A program made the position numbers and the translations under genes. DNA of 63,908 nucleotides, counting the filler, from Octopus bimaculoides (taxonomy: Eukaryota), in NCBI RefSeq assembly GCF_001194135.2. It is 6 parts of 6 records of this genome, joined end to end, with 100 filler letters (N's around TTAATTAATTAA, not from the genome) between each part and the next. Parts side by side here need not be neighbours in the genome. Positions count along the whole stretch, not along the records: positions 61,494 to 63,908 come from NW_026333306.1; 5 more parts are not named here. One strand, written 5' to 3'. Position 1 is the first letter of the stretch. The number at the start of each line of letters is the position of its first letter. A model generated the notes under the pieces. The model was not told the DNA's origin. It ran no database searches and saw only the letters and a list, made by a program, of their open reading frames with translations. This document shows positions 61,495-63,908 of this stretch, in pieces.

Positions 61495-61748
61495 AGTCCG
61501 GCGGCACTGGCAACGACCACGCTCGAATGTTGTTTTTCATGTGCCCCCAGCACATGTGCCGGTAAGGCGACGCTGGCAATGATTACGCTTGAATGTTGGC
61601 TTTTCAAGTGTCACCGGCACAGGAGCCATCATCATCATTTAACGTCCGCTTTCCATGCTAGCATGGGTTGGACGATTTGATTGGGGACTGGCGAACCAGA
61701 TGGCTACACCAGACTCCAATCTGATCTGACAGTTTCTACAGCTAGATA
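61495..61748 (-). mobile_element. RTE-like retroposon 3' region: internal 60-70 bp repeats plus the 3' end of an adjacent copy
   Basis: CACTGGCAACGACCACGCTCG repeat units; CATCATCATTTAACGTCCGCTTTCCATGCTAGCATGGGTTGGACG matches 63190-63290. Confidence 0.7.
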
Positions 61749-61749
61749 T

Positions 61750-61915
61750 GTTTTGAATTAATTATGCTTTATCTCATAGCCTCAAAATTTCAATGATGTG
61801 GTTGCTTATTTTTAGAATGGCATTGTAGGGTAGGTACAAGAGGTTGGATCTGGGTGGTTTGAATATAAAACAAGTAAAATATTTAGGTCGTATATGGCCA
61901 GTTTAATCCTCTAAA
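61750..61915 (+). mobile_element. Interior of the piggyBac-like MITE family seen at 10012
   Basis: TTATTTTTAGAATGGCATTGTAGGGTAGGT..AATATTTAGGTCGTATATGGCCAGTTTAA. Confidence 0.55.
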
Positions 61916-61962
61916 ATTCAAATTTCTCTATGAAATGTAATACTCATTTATTCACATTTTTG

Positions 61963-62295
61963 AACTAGAAAAGCACTCAGAGAGCACAGACATCCACCAA
62001 GCTCATTTTAAGATAGATACGCGAGTAAAATTACTAAAAGAGAAACGAAAATAAACATTGGAAACAGCAACACCACCATAGGTTACGTGCAAACGATGAA
62101 TGTGTTTTCAAGGGAGATAATCAAAGAACGTAACATTGTAATACTTCATGTAAAGTAAATATAACAAATGAAAAATCCTTCAAGAATCCATAAAAATTCC
62201 CGGAACACTACCAAAATTTCATCATCTGTTCCTTGTGTCATTACCAACGTTTCCTGCAAGTTTCATCAAATACCGTTCACAACTTTTTCAGTTAT
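61963..62295 (+). mobile_element. Helentron/HINE-like non-autonomous element, cut by a gap
   Basis: Starts AACTAGAAAAGCACTCAGAGAGCACAGAC; 3' region CCAAAATTTCATCATCTGTTCCTTGTG..GTTTCATCAAATACCGTTCACAACTTTTTCAGTTAT. Class assigned from memory. Confidence 0.55.
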
Positions 62296-63189
62296 NNNNN
62301 NNNNNNNNNNNNNNNNNNNNNNNNNNNNNNNNNNNNNNNNNNNNNNNNNNNNNNNNNNNNNNNNNNNNNNNNNNNNNNNNNNNNNNNNNNNNNNNNNNNN
62401 NNNNNNNNNNNNNNNNNNNNNNNNNNNNNNNNNNNNNNNNNNNNNNNNNNNNNNNNNNNNNNNNNNNNNNNNNNNNNNNNNNNNNNNNNNNNNNNNNNNN
62501 NNNNNNNNNNNNNNNNNNNNNNNNNNNNNNNNNNNNNNNNNNNNNNNNNNNNNNNNNNNNNNNNNNNNNNNNNNNNNNNNNNNNNNNNNNNNNNNNNNNN
62601 NNNNNNNNNNNNNNNNNNNNNNNNNNNNNNNNNNNNNNNNNNNNNNNNNNNNNNNNNNNNNNNNNNNNNNNNNNNNNNNNNNNNNNNNNNNNNNNNNNNN
62701 NNNNNNNNNNNNNNNNNNNNNNNNNNNNNNNNNNNNNNNNNNNNNNNNNNNNNNNNNNNNNNNNNNNNNNNNNNNNNNNNNNNNNNNNNNNNNNNNNNNN
62801 NNNNNNNNNNNNNNNNNNNNNNNNNNNNNNNNNNNNNNNNNNNNNNNNNNNNNNNNNNNNNNNNNNNNNNNNNNNNNNNNNNNNNNNNNNNNNNNNNNNN
62901 NNNNNNNNNNNNNNNNNNNNNNNNNNNNNNNNNNNNNNNNNNNNNNNNNNNNNNNNNNNNNNNNNNNNNNNNNNNNNNNNNNNNNNNNNNNNNNNNNNNN
63001 NNNNNNNNNNNNNNNNNNNNNNNNNNNNNNNNNNNNNNNNNNNNNNNNNNNNNNNNNNNNNNNNNNNNNNNNNNNNNNNNNNNNNNNNNNNNNNNNNNNN
63101 NNNNNNNNNNNNNNNNNNNNNNNNNNNNNNNNNNNNNNNNNNNNNNNGTTGCCTTTCTGGCACTTGTGCCCGTGGCATGTGTAAGGACT

Positions 63190-63458
63190 TTCCATGCTAG
63201 CATGGGTTGGACGATTTGACTGAGGACTGGTGAAACCAGATGGCTACACCAGGCTCCAATCTGATTTGACAGAGTTTCTACAGCTGGATGCCCTTCCTAA
63301 CGCCAACCACTCAGAGAGTGTAGTGGGTGCTTTTACGTGTCACCCGCACGAAGGCCAGTCAGGCAGTACTGGCAACGGCCACGCTCAAAATGGTGTATTT
63401 TATGTGCCACCCGCACAAGAGCCAGTCCAGGGGCACTGGCAACGATCTCGCTTGAAAA
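63190..63458 (-). mobile_element. RTE-like retroposon 3' end with internal tandem units
   Basis: GGATGCCCTTCCTAACGCCAACC (reverse of a typical RTE-clade 3' end) and two GCCAGTC..ACTGGCAACG units. Confidence 0.75.
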
Positions 63459-63507
63459 TCCTACGAAGGCCACATATATGTGTATATGTATTTATACACA
63501 CACATGT

Positions 63508-63648
63508 ATATGACGAGTTTCTTTCAGTTTCCAAATTCACTCACAAGGCTTTGATCGACCTGAGACTATAGCGGAAGAGACTTGCCCAAGGTGTCACAGT
63601 GGGACTGAACCCAGAACCATATGGTTGGGAAGCAACCTTCTCGATCAC
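63508..63648 (-). mobile_element. SINE family B, 5' half
   Basis: TTTCAGTTTCC..CACTCACAAGGCTTTG..CTTGCCCAAGGTG..GTGGGACTGAACCC. Confidence 0.8.
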
Positions 63649-63671
63649 CCTACCACATAACAATCCACATC

Positions 63672-63745
63672 CCTGACATGGTACATTTTTACCGACCCCG
63701 AGAGGCTGAAAGACACAGCTGCCGTCAGTGAGATTTGAACCCCAA
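63672..63745 (-). mobile_element. SINE family A-like old fragment
   Basis: GGTACATTTTTACCGACCCCGAGAGGCTGAAAG..GATTTGAACCC. Confidence 0.5.
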
Positions 63746-63908
63746 CTGTTCCTATTATAAATATACACTCTGAGGATGACTAATTCCTATTCAGTCTTGC
63801 AGTGTGTATATACATCCATGTATAAGACAATTGGGGTATACATGTGACTGACTGCTTGTATAGAGCTTTCCTATAAGGTGTTATCCACCCCTGATTGGAA
63901 CTCTCCCG

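Overview
Repeat-dominated eukaryotic DNA, most likely an octopus (coleoid cephalopod) scaffold. This assignment comes from recognising SINE families and the microsatellite load, not from a database search. Roughly a fifth of the window is N gaps, nearly all flanked by microsatellites; five are 100-bp gaps containing an artificial TTAATTAATTAA linker. No host protein-coding gene can be called confidently; only weak candidate exons and one candidate promoter were found. The interpretable content is mobile elements: several tRNA-derived SINE families (about 35 copies or fragments, some with clean TSDs), decayed non-LTR retrotransposons (an RT-deleted R2/NeSL-like element, two R4/Dong-like 3' ends, several Tx1/L1-like pieces, RTE pieces), mariner, hAT, piggyBac-like and Helentron-like non-autonomous elements, and Penelope-like (PLE) termini. 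The best signal is a set of minimal hammerhead-ribozyme motifs from at least four PLE-type families. One family places a tRNA-like Pol III promoter directly upstream of the hammerhead and sits downstream of a GIY-YIG-like ORF end (43535-44145). Its second copy (14337-14665) has an intact core, a 51-bp fold-back inversion and a 12-bp TSD. Another family shows a non-canonical core (A6 replaced by C/U) in all three copies. All ribozyme calls are hand-folded and untested. Most element boundaries are approximate to within 10-20 bp unless TSD/TIR coordinates are given.
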